Assembly: GCA_051294375.1 (NCBI GenBank)
Contig: CM119263.1
Location: 30,864,053-30,928,052, forward strand
Direction: 5' to 3'
Source: Paraspadella gotoi
Taxonomy: Eukaryota; Animalia; Chaetognatha
DNA length: 64,000 bases
In this document: in pieces, positions 1 to 11,669 of the stretch
Layout: each line of letters starts with the position of its first letter
Position numbering within the stretch: position 1 is the stretch's first letter
Program-made: the position numbers and the translations under genes
Notes under the pieces: model-generated
Databases searched by the model: none
Told to the model about the DNA's origin: nothing
What the model saw: the letters and a program-made list of their open reading frames with translations, nothing else

Positions 1-485
1 ATAACGACATTTTTTCATATTTTTTACTCTCTACGTGTCAAGTTTTCTATTGTTTAAAGTTTGAGTTGTTTTCTCTTAGAATTAGCATGACAGTAGTTTA
101 TCCAAAAATTTTAAATTATTACTATTATTATTCTGTCATTATCAGCATTATCATGATAAATTATAACCATTCGTTTTTTCAGGACAAAAACAAAATTATT
201 TCTCCCCACCGAGGCTTGTCTTGTCATGATCATGTCATTAGATGTCATTATGTGTCATAACTAACGAGTCACACGATCTCGATATGACATTCAGTGTCAT
301 AGAAGGTCCGAGGCTTCCGAATTACATCTTATGACATATCATGAGAGGTTCATGCCCTTTGTACGTCACTCGAGAGCGAAGGATAATCTTATGATAATTC
401 TTAAAACGCACTTTTGATTATAAATAAAATAAAGTCATTTTTAATACATTTTATATTATATTTTCGCTCCCATCGTTTCATTATA

Positions 486-650
486 CCGTTAGTTTTTCGT
501 CCAAAAACTCCATCTTGGGGATGTAATAATACTTTATATAGTTTATTTTATATTACATCCGGAGAGTTTTGTGCTCTGTCCTATTACATCCGTAAGCTCG
601 GCCCCAGGATGTAATAGAGCTTTGTCTTAATTTGGACGAGAATCATCGGT
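486..650. mobile_element. Small MITE-like element (second copy near 20562-20730)
   Basis: Imperfect terminal inverted repeats CCGTTAGTTTTTCGTCCAAA / TTTGGACGAGAATCATCGG enclose internal ATTACATCC/GGATGTAAT inverted motifs. Confidence 0.4.
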
Positions 651-1774
651 GAGACCCATTTATCCAAACGGACCTACAATTCGTGTTTATTTTTTTTCTT
701 ATAACAAATAAAGAATATATCTTGTTTATTTTTTTTTTTAAATAAAAACTCGTTTGTTACATCGATAATGTTGTTTAAACACTTATGTAGAATAAATGGA
801 ATTCCATACAACCGTTTTTTTTAATTGATGAAAAAAGATGTCTACTAGTCAGATTGAGAATTTAGAAATTTAAAAAAAATATTTAAACCATCATAATTAG
901 TTATCTATATTTATAAAATAGAATGTTTATAATCTGCAGCGGTCCTACCAAGCTTGTTCCATTATTTAGTTGTACTAGAGTTTCGTTCTTTCAGTACTTC
1001 TTCATCCTATCTCTTCGCTCTATGTTCTTTTGTGTCTAATTTAGTTACTCAGCCGCCGTCAAAGATGTCGCTTCGGCCGAGGGACTTCGACATTCTATGA
1101 ACAAAAGACGTCGCGTCCAAAGTTTTTTTTTCAGCTGCTTTGGAAATCAGGTTATTGATTGAAAACTTGTTTAGATTCCTGACGACGGAGCAGCAAAAAA
1201 AAACAATGGGTCTTTGTGTCGTCGATGTTTTCTTTGTTTCGCGGTTCAATTTTCTTATTATTTTTTGTTTTGTTTTTTTTATTTGTTATTTACTGTGTCT
1301 TTGTTTCAGCCATTGTTTTGTCTTTCTTTGCCGTCTCTCATCAGGTCATTCAGTCTCGTTTCTATTTCCTGTTGGCTGTTCTTAGTTCTGTTATTTTTAA
1401 TTTTATTTATAATTTAAGTTATATACGTATTTTTTGATATTTCATAACAAATTTTTCTTAAAGACCTGCTAAACCAAGTAAACTACACCTTTTTTAATTT
1501 CTCCATTATGATTTCAGAATCGTCGGTCAATGCACAATCGGCGCCAAACTGAACTGATTCTTACGCCACATTCCGCCAACGCCAACGTCAAGCTCCAGAA
1601 TTACGTCAACATCAACTCTAGTTTTTGCCACATCGATTCCGACCTCATTTCGCCGCCTTTGCCTCAAGCGTCACGTGTCGGTCTTGTCATGATGTGCCCC
1701 TTAAACGCTGACACCTTCGTCGCCTAATTCGTAGCCTTTGTCATCATCGTCGTCCTTGACGCAACCTCCTCCTC

Positions 1775-4700
1775 ATGGCCCCCTCCGCCCTCGAATCGCC
1801 CCCCAAGGCCCCGTCGCCCATCGGGGCTGCGCGCCGCCGCCGTGCCTTGCCGCCCGCCGAATCCCCGAAACTTAGGAACGACGACGACGACAACTCTGTG
1901 GATCTGGAGTCTTTCGTCGAGAACGTGAGGAATTTAAAGAGAATCGCTTCACCTGTCGTCGTCGTCGCGAGATGGACGCTGGAGGTTATGAGGTGAGGCT
2001 GGGAGAGGAAGAGGAGGGGGGATGGACGCGGAGGTTATGAGGTGAGGCTGGGGGGAGGAGGAAGAGGAGGGGGGATGGACGCTGGAGGTTATGAGGTGAG
2101 GCTGGGGGGAGGAGGAAGAGGAGGGGGATGGACGCAGGAGGTTATGAGGTGAGGCTGGGGTGAGGAGGAAGAGGAGGGGGATGGATGCAGAGATATGAGG
2201 TGAGGCTGGGTGGAGGAGGAAGAGGAGGGGGATGGATGCAGGAGGTTATGAGGTGAGGCTGGGGAGAGGGAGAAGAGGAGGGGGCATGGATGCAGGAGGT
2301 TATGAGGTGAGGCTGGGGAGAGGAGGAAGAGGAGGGCATGGATATGCAGGAGGTTATGAGGTGAGGCTGGGGGGAGGAGGAAGAGTAGGAATGGACGCAG
2401 GAGGTTATGAGGTGAGGCTGGGGGAGGAGGAAGAGGAGGGGGGATGGATGCAGGAGGTTATGAGGTGAGGCTGGGAGGAGGAAGAGGAGGGGATGATGCA
2501 GGAGGTTATGAGGAGCTGGTGGAGGAGGAAGAGGAGGGGGATGGATGCAGGAGGTTATGAGGTGAGGCTGGGGGGAGGAGGAGAGGAGGGGATGGATCGC
2601 AGGAGGTTAATGAGGTGAGGCTGGGGGGAGGAGGAAGAGGAGGGGGGATGGAGCAGGAGTTATGAGGTGAGGCTGGGGAGGAGGAAGAGGAGGGGGGATG
2701 GACGCAGGAGGTTATGAGGTGAGGCTGGGGGGAGGAGGAGAGGAGGGGGATGGACGCAGGAGGTTATGAGGTGAGGCTGGGGGGAGGAGGAAGAGGAGGG
2801 GGATGGATGCAGGAGTTATGAGGTGAGGCTGGGGGAGGAGGAAGAGGAGGGGGGATGGATCAGGAGGTTATGAGGTGACGGCTGGGGGGAGGAGGAAGAG
2901 AGGGGGCATGGATGCAGAAGGTTATGAGGTGAGGCTGGGGGAGGAGGAAGAGGAGGGGGATGGATGCAGGAGGTTATGAGGTGAGGCTGGGGGGAGAGGA
3001 AGAAGAGGGGGGATGGAGCAGGAGGTTATGAGGTGAGGCTGTGGAGGAGGAAAGAGAAGGGGGTAATGGACGCAGGAGGTTATGAGGTGAGGCGATGAGG
3101 AGGAGGAAGAGAAGGGGGAGATTAATTTATGAGGTGAGGGTGAAAAGATTATGGGGAATTGAGACTGAGGAGTTAAACGTGAGGATTGGTAAGTGAAAGA
3201 GTTAGAAGTGAATTAGTAATTAAGTAATCGTTGCCGGATTTTACAAATATGAAGATTTAAAGATCTCATTCTAAATTTCATTGTAATCTCTTATCTTTTA
3301 AAATGACTATCTAAATTTTAATTTTAATCTAAATAGTCTCAACTGAAACTACTTATATGAACCTGGATTTTAACATACATGTAGTCTTCAATTCTAAATG
3401 TAATTATAATGTAAATCTACAAAGCTAAACCTCAATATAATCTTAATCTAATCTTAATCCAAATCTAATCCCAAATCTATCCGTTTAAATCTTAATCTAA
3501 TCAAGATTAAAAAAAATCTACATCCCCCCCCCAAAAAAAAACCTTCTAGATGGCACCAGCCTCGTCTGACCCTCAGCCTCCTTCTCGCTCTCAATTCAAT
3601 TTGGTTGAGCGGAAACTTTTTCGGTCTTCATTTGTTCGTCGTCGTTTTCGTCCTCGTGGGCGTCGTCGTCGGCGTCGTCGTCGGCGTCGTCGAGTCCAAG
3701 ACGACGACGACGACGACGACGACGAGGAGGACGCCGGCGGAAAAGGCGGCGATTTATGACGAGTTTAGAAAAAGGTGAGTTATGTTGGTGGGACACGGGG
3801 ATAAGGTTGCGGCCGGAGGGGCGGGGGAAAATTGACCCGTTACTGTCCAAAGTGACTCGACCCAAGGATGGACTTGTGTTTAAGAAAAAAAAGTGACCAG
3901 ACCAAGACGGACCGATGAAACTGACATTTTCAAACTGAATTTACAGCGAAAAAAAAACCTACCTATTTAATTTTTTTTTTGGTCTGAACTAAAAAAAACA
4001 AACTTTTTTTCTGTGCAGTGAAAGAAAGAAAATCTTGTTTATCCTTAGATTACTTTATGATTTTATTTTATTTTCAGTCACTTAGGAGTTCGGTAGCAAC
4101 AAATGGTATTCTTATAATTTTATTACACTTCATTGATATAAAAAGCCGAATAATCAATACTAAGGGGTTGTTAATAAACTTAATTGTGGGAGAATCCTCA
4201 TTAAAAACTTTCACTCACTGTGGTCACTTTTCGATCGCCCAATATTTCTCGCGGGCATTTTTAACCGTTCTCTTAATAACTTTCCCGTGAGAGATTTCAT
4301 GAACAATTTAGTTTTAACCAAGATAACTCTTCAAAAGTGTTTCGCTCGGTCTGAAACTCTGTTTTACGAGTTTCAAACGGACGTTTTATGAAAATATAAG
4401 TTAATAAATTTGATACGACTTTCTTCTTCATAGTCCAGTGGGACTCGCGTTAAACGATTCTACGGTGGGCGAAATACTACGTTCGTCTCCCCGTTAGCAT
4501 AGTATATATCAAACAATTTTCTACACACTGAGTATTGAGTAATTATCTTGTAATGCCTTAACTAAAGACTAACTACTTCCCCCCGTCTTCCACCTCCCCC
4601 CCCGCCTCCAAGCGTCCATCTCATCAACTCCATCGTTCTCTCCATCATCTTCTTCCTCCTTCGCTTCTCCCTCCTCGTCCGCTTCTCCGACGCCCGCTCC

Positions 4701-7262
4701 TCCTTCCGCTTTTTCGCTTCTCTTCTCTTCCTCGGATTTTGTCTTCGCTTCGCCTCCGTCGGCGACGTCGTCGTCGTCGTCGTCAACGTCGTCGCCGTGC
4801 TGGAGTGGAAGAAGCGGTTGATGGAGAAAGATGAAGTGATGGAGGAAGAAGAGGAAGAGGCTATGGGAAAAGATGAGGTCAGACGATTTCAATTTAATTA
4901 TTTTTTTGAAATCAATTATTAAATCTAATGCATGCGAGTAGTTTGCTGATTTTTTTTTAATCTGTTAGTATATATCTATTTGAGAGGGAGAGAGACTATT
5001 TGTGTGTTTTTCAACACTTTTTAAAAATGCTCCATTTTCCAGGTCAACTTACCCTCCTTACCTCAAACTCCATCCTCGGCCGCGGATTCCATATTAACTT
5101 CCCAAGCTGCATCGTCCTCACCATCTCTTCCGCAGCCGACTCCATCCGACACAACAGCAAATCAGTCGACTACATCAGCTTCCGAGGCGACGCCGCCACA
5201 GCAATCGACGGGGAGATTGGCCGGCGTCCAGGATTGGTGGCGGAACCGTCGGAGCGGAGGAGGAGGAGGAGGAGGAGGAGGAGGAGGAGGAGGGGACCAT
5301 TGTTGTCACGGTTGCGACGTCACTTTTGGTCACATCCTCAAGAAAAGGGTCAGTTGATGTTGTTGTTGTTGTGATTGTTGTTGTTTATGTTTAAAATTTT
5401 TAAATGTTTTGGAATCTATTTGATGACTACCTTATTATAATTTGCATGTTGCAGTGATGGAGAATAAGTATGAAACGTGTATATAAATTGGTGTAACAAA
5501 TATAAAATTAAACATTATCCATTCTAATATCCTTGCCCCTTACTTTTGACCTCCATAATTTTTTGTTTTGTTTTACACTGTTTAAACATATATTTTTAAC
5601 ATTTTTACATTAACGCTGTCATGGTTATTCATTATGTTAATAGTGTTATTGGTATTGAAAAAAAAAGAATATTCGATTAACGTTTTAAGAACTTTGTTTT
5701 AAAGTTATAACATTTCATTTTATAACATTTCATGTTTTTGATGTTTTTGTTTTTGTGTATTATTTTTGATTTTTATGATATTAACATCTGATCTTTGAAC
5801 GTTCTTGAACGTTATATTTTATAGTTTTTTATGAATTAGTTCATAACATTAAAAATATGAAATATTACATCTTTATCAGTGTAGTTTTATTTTACTGTTT
5901 TACTGTCTTTTACGCTGTTATTTATACCGTTACCCTTCCAGTCTTTTTAATCTGTTGTTGATATCATTACTGTTATTTAAAAAAAAGCATGACTTTACAA
6001 CTAAGTATAAATTAAAATTATACCCGAGTACTGAGGAGTTATGAGCAAGTCAAACATGATTACGACAGTCCGACGGACAAACAGACGGACGACCGACTTA
6101 AAAATGAGTTTTTTTGCCCAACACAGTTGTTTCTTGTGATTATAATTTTAATTCTCCATCCCATCCTCTCGAAAGTTAAATTGTTAAATTGACTTATCTT
6201 TTAATCTCATTTGCATGTTGCAGTGACCGGAATTATTCAATCGTTAGCTTAAGTAACGTTGATATATTATAACTGTTTTCAATTTTAAAAAATAATCATT
6301 GGGCAACATGAATTAATCATGTTATTATGGAACATATTTATATTTTTGCGAAATTTATGGAAAAAATTATACTTTTACTCTTGTATTTTTGTAAAGGAAT
6401 ATAATTTTCTGTAAATTCTCACGTTTCACTTTGACGCTAAGATAGAACAAAAGAGTATTGGGAATTCTAACAGGAATTCGAAGGTAATTTGTGTCAGATT
6501 CCTTTGATCCAAAGGAATCCCTAAAGGTTTATAAAGATTATCTTGCGTTTTTTTGGAAATGCTAGTGGTTCAGCCTTTTTTTACTATGGTACGTTATATA
6601 TTTATGTTAAATTGTATTCTACAATCCCACTTTTCATTAAGAGAGTTACTGTGTAAGTTTAAATTCGAAAGTTGTCACACCTAATAATAAGTTACCCGCT
6701 TATAGTTTTTGGCTTAAATGTTATTTCATATCAAAATAATTTTCTCGCTTTCCTGCAGCATTACTGCCGCCACTGCGGAGAACACTTTTGCTACAACTGC
6801 TGCAACCAACACGTCCCTCGTTACTTCTTCGGAGCTACTGGTAATAATGTTAAGGATATATATACATCTCTATTCGAAATTATAGATCCCATTCAAATTT
6901 TCCCGCCTTTTTTTTAAAATTCAGCTCCGGCGGCCAAAACGGAAACCGTCGTCGTTTGTCGTCGATGTTACGAATTTTTGAAGGACAAGTTCGACTCGAA
7001 CGAAAATTCGGTTTTGCGAAGTTCGGATTCTACGAAATCCGGAAATAACGAAGAATCTCGATCGAACGACGATTCCGTCGTGGATGTCATTTGCGACGTC
7101 GTCGTCGTCGACGCCAGCCTTAATTCCGCGCCAGGCGATGGAATAAAGATCAATTCCAGTCCTAAGGATGCGATCAAACTAGATTCCGGTTCGAAAGAAT
7201 GTGAATCGAACCCGAAAGATGCGATCAAACTCGATACTGAATTGAAAGACAGAGATAAATAA
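1775..7262 (+). CDS. ZFYVE27: Protrudin (FYVE-finger ER membrane protein), 6 coding exons, about 477 aa
   Basis: Exons 1775-1992, 3550-3774, 4613-4877, 5043-5348, 6759-6840 and 6925-7262 all have GT/AG borders, and the phases join into one open frame. The N-terminal part reads DLESFVENVRNLKRIASPVVVVARWTLEVMR|WHQPRLTLSLLLALN and is followed by hydrophobic segments. The C-terminal FYVE finger CHGCDVTFGHILKKR|HYCRHCGEHFCYNCCNQHVPRYFFGAT|APAAKTETVVVCRRC matches the protrudin-specific VP...GATAP.A..ETV.VC signature. Confidence 0.87.
1972..3140 (+). repeat. G-rich ~55-bp minisatellite in protrudin intron 1
   Basis: About 20 tandem units of GGATGGA(C/T)GCAGGAGGTTATGAGGTGAGGCTGGGGGGAGGAGGAAGAGGAGGG. 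The first unit overlaps the exon 1 donor. Confidence 0.95.
4244..4518 (+). ncRNA. Candidate intronic structured RNA (H/ACA-like architecture)
   Basis: Several stems in an AT-rich intron: ATTTCTCGCGGG/CCCGTGAGAGAT, TTTCATGAAC/GTTTTATGAAA enclosing TGAAACTC/GAGTTTCA, then ATATAA (ANANNA). A TTTGATA/TATCAAA stem encloses CGGTGGGCGAA/TTCGTCTCCCCG and is followed directly by ACA. Confidence 0.25.
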
Positions 7263-9779
7263 ATTGATTGCCTTTCATTTGTACGATTCTTGATTAAGAA
7301 TTATTGTTCATAAATCTGGATAATAAATGCTTGTTACACGTTTTCTTATCTTTATAATTTAAGTAAGTAAACTAACTACGAATAAACTGAGAAAGAATCT
7401 CCCAATGTTACAAGTTTGTGACTTTCTTAATAAAATTAGTTTATGAAGACGTGAGTCTTTTTTATTATTGATCTTTTTCAGTCTGTGTACAATACTACGT
7501 ATAATCGGATCGATTTATAATAGTCACAACTTTTAAGTCTTGATAACAAACTCACAAAGGCTATTATTGTCACGCTACAGAATTACAAAAGTTTATTGTT
7601 GACTGGTCGAGCCTTTCCAGACGTCTGGTCTTTTCTTTGCCAGAGAAATTTAAGATTTTTTAATTCAAAGTCAAGGTTCGTTTTTAATTTAAGCAATTCA
7701 ATAATGATCATAAACAGTTCACTCGCCAGATACATGATTTCCCAATTCCCTCCAAATAGCATTTAAAGTGAATCGACGGTTCGTAACTTTTACCACATTT
7801 TGTCCAGAAAAACAAATTCATGGTTTCGTACCAAGATGGAAAAAAAAATTGTCGCGGTTACTTTCCAGCAATTTTTCAGCATTTTAATGTAAGAATCGAA
7901 AAACATAATTTAAATATTAAGAAATTTTGGCTTCTTGTGATTCATATGAGCTGTATCTTATTTATGTATGACAAAAAATATAAGAGTTTTATGCAAAAGA
8001 AAATAAGTTGTTTAAAAAAATGCTTCCTTCTTTTTTATCTTTTTCATATCTACATTAATTAATTTCCGGTTCATTTTTATTACTTTTTTATTATTTTTAT
8101 TATTTTTTTAGTTAAACCGTTATTATTAAAAATCCTTGCCTTTTCTCAGTCTCATATAAAATGGTTATTGTATCATCTCTATTAGGATAGATTCAAGGAT
8201 GAATCTTAATTCAAATGTTAAAAAAAAACGATATTAAAAATATATTAATGCTGTAGATGCTCCAGAATATTTTTTTTATATTATAAAGTATGAATAAAAG
8301 TTATAAGGCTCCGAGTAACCTTTCTGTGAATAAAGTTATTATTTTTATTTATCTTTGGATTTTGTTGAAGGGATCATCATATTATGCAGCAATAATGCAA
8401 GCCTTTTTTACTTTATAGGGGATCAATCCTTTTTATTGCCTGCCAAAGACCTTTTTTTTTTAAATTTTATAAAAAATATTATGTTAAAGATATAATATTA
8501 ATAATAATATGAATAATCCTCTTGATCAAAAAGAGGTAAAAACAGTTAGAGATAACCTTTTTTGGAAGTAATTGTATGAAATAAATAATTTTATGCTGTT
8601 GAGAAATAATATTATATTATATATTAAAACCTATTTAACAGTTAAAAAATATATTTGATAATAAAATTAACCGATTTTTCCTAACCGCGACAATTTTTTT
8701 TTCCATCATGGTATTCAGTCGAATGTCTGTCACTAGTTTTTATCATGGAAATTCTTAAAAGTTCCAACAAGCCTAAGTATCACAGATTTCGTTCTTAGCC
8801 GTCGAAACAAAAAGTTTTTAAAAGCGACAGAACAAGACTAAGAAAAAAAATCTCTCCAGATTTATATCACGATATGAATAGAAACGAGAACCAATTCTGA
8901 CTTAACGACGTCATTACTATTAACATCGTTAATAAAACTAACGATTCAGACTCGGAGGTTGTTGGGGGCTCGTCGTCGTAGAAGGGGCGGAGAGGATTGG
9001 GGTAGGCAATGGAGTATTGCAGATGAGGAAGGCAGGAGTTGCAGATGGGATGGGCAATGGAGAATTGCTGATTACAATCGGAAAGCAACGGGTGTCAAAA
9101 GATCTTTATCTAAAAAAAAGTAAATTTATAATTTATTTTTACTTTAATAATCGTGAAACGCGTGGGCGAGAAACGTAAACAATAACAATAAAACAAAAAT
9201 TATAACAACAACACAAACTAAAACAACAACAACAACAACAGTCCCAGCAAAGGATATATATCCGCATGAATGAGAACCAAAGACCAAAACACGAACTCTT
9301 TCACAAACTGGTCGACAACAAAAACAACAACAACCACCAAGTTTTTCACCGTCGACTTCATCCCTACTCTCACCCAACTACTCTCACCTCACACTCCGTG
9401 AATCAGCCAGGCGTGAATTAACTCGCGGCGGGTGAAATGAAAAGGCAGGCGCTGAATGGACAGCTCGAGTGGGCAGGACGAGCGGGCAGGCCGAGGCAGG
9501 CGTGACGGGCAGACATATTGAAATTTAATCTTTTCATGAAACTTTATCTCGAGTCGGAATTACTTTTTTTATATTCATAAGCTTCTATTTTTTTTTAATT
9601 AAAAAAGATTTAAAAAATTAAAAACAGTTTAATTATTTTTAATTTACTCTACTGTTGAGTCATAATTTTTTGATGACGTAAAACTGGCATTTTTCTCAAA
9701 ATGACACAATAATACTTGTCCGCTAATGATTATTGTAAATATCCCAAAATGACGCCAGGACCTTCCCTATTAATTCCGT

Positions 9780-10072
9780 TTAATGCCCTTCCCTTCTAAT
9801 GCCGCGATGCCCTTTCCCTCAATAGAATGTCGCAATGCCCTTCCCTTCTAATGGCGTGATGCCCTCCTCCGTCCCTCAAATGACGCAATGCCCTTCCCTT
9901 CTAATGCCGTGATGCCCTTCCCCCTCTCTCGAATGACACAATGACCTTCTTTTCTAAAGTCGTTATGCCCTACCCCCTCTCTCAAATGACGCAATTACCT
10001 TCCCTTCTAATGCCGCGATGCCCTTCCGCCCCCTCAAATGACGCAATGCTCCTTTTCAACCTTTAATGACGC
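9780..10072. repeat. Degenerate ~55-bp minisatellite
   Basis: Tandem AAATGACGCAATGCCCTTCCCTTCTAATGCCG(C/T)GATGCCCT units. A second copy lies near 33890-34175. Confidence 0.85.
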
Positions 10073-11056
10073 AACTGATGACAAATCCTTAACTCTTGTT
10101 TGTTTATCTTTCAGACGACAAAGGAAAAGAGAGAAAATCTTCCAGACGACAAAGGAAAGAAAAAAAAAAAGAATAAAAATCAGAAGAGGATATATTTGGC
10201 TTTGGTGACTCTTTTTTCCGCGCGCGAATGCAAATGAGGATTTCGCGATGCAAATGCGGAATTAAGAGGAAAACAATGAAATGCGTTGTAGAGTCATGCG
10301 TCCTTGCATCTTTTTTGGGGCGGAATTTACTTCTGCCGTTCGTAGCGCGGGAAAAAAATCCTTTGATATATTTGTATACTATTTTTCATTATGTTTCGAC
10401 TTAACTCTTTTTATTAATATTACGCTAATAATTAAGATTAATTATTAAAAAAAGGGGGGGGGAGAACGAAAGAAGCGACATCTACTGTTGTTTCCCGATT
10501 CCCTTTTTTTTAAATTATTTCTTAGAGAAAAAGAAAGAAATCTTCTTAAGATCGAACAAAGTCACGTGATCTTAAAAAATCTTCGATCGAGCGCCACTTT
10601 ATTAAAAATATTAATATATTTGATAAAAACTAACCAAATTATTTATAAAAGTTGTTAATTGTAAAATTAACTTTAAATAATTATTGAATAAAAAAAATGA
10701 AAAGTTTTAGTTTAAGTGTTTCTCTAAGTTTTGATTACAAATATTCAATTAAAATAATTAAAATTATACATAATTAAAATCATTTTTAAAATATTTATAT
10801 TCGAAGAAAGCAGTCGTAATTTGTTGACGGAATTTTAATTTTAATTATAAATATGCTATTTTAATAATAGGTAGTAATCACCATAGATATAATAGATTAT
10901 TTAATTAAATGATCGTTTGACTGCAAATGGGCGCTCCCTCATGATTCAAATGACTTTCTCTCCCTTTTTGTTTACGTAATGGGAATTTCCTATTTGAATA
11001 ATGAGACGCGAAATTAGAGCGAGAGAGTGTTGTGTTACGTGATCGGTTGTGTGTGA

Positions 11057-11151
<95 letters not shown>

Positions 11152-11202
11152 TGAAAAAAGGTGAGGCGCATTAGAGATGAAGCAATGTTAGTGACGATTG
11201 TT

Positions 11203-11295
<93 letters not shown>

Positions 11296-11669
11296 TAGTT
11301 TAGAAGCGATGAAAGGAGTTCCCCTTTTCACTGGAAAGGTGAAGTCGTGAACGATCGCAAAAACTTTTTTATTTTTCTCCTTGAACATCATTTCATTTGA
11401 CGCTGTACTGTTAAATAAATTACAGAAATGGTCACAGCCAACAGATGTATCATAAGCGCTTCGAAATGTTAGCCTTTCGCTTCCTCTTTATATTACGTAT
11501 AAAATGATCACTCATGGCCAATATTTTTGTTCATCAGGTCTTTTCAAAAAATCAATTAAACAAACAACTAAACGATTCTTCATTTCATCGCCTCACTCTT
11601 GACCAACGACTCTTCACACCTCACCTCACTTCACAGTCCTTACCTTTTCCCCCCCTGACCCCAAATACC

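Noticed and set aside
1049-1249. Minus-strand exon-like segment ending DIFDGG*
   Set aside because: There is a plausible acceptor near 1180, but no upstream partner exon or recognisable homology, so the support is insufficient.
4000-4520. Telomerase RNA or 7SK as the identity of the structured intronic segment
   Set aside because: No CCCTAA-type template on either strand. Internal T-runs are incompatible with a Pol III 7SK, and the GATCGCC similarity is too short.
5000-5374. Listed 124-aa ORF with poly-Arg
   Set aside because: Wrong frame. The real protrudin exon (5043-5348) reads poly-Gly followed by DHCCHGC.
10070-10100. CTGATGA hammerhead-like core (also near 27886 and 57399)
   Set aside because: No properly spaced GAAA with flanking stems I-III could be built.
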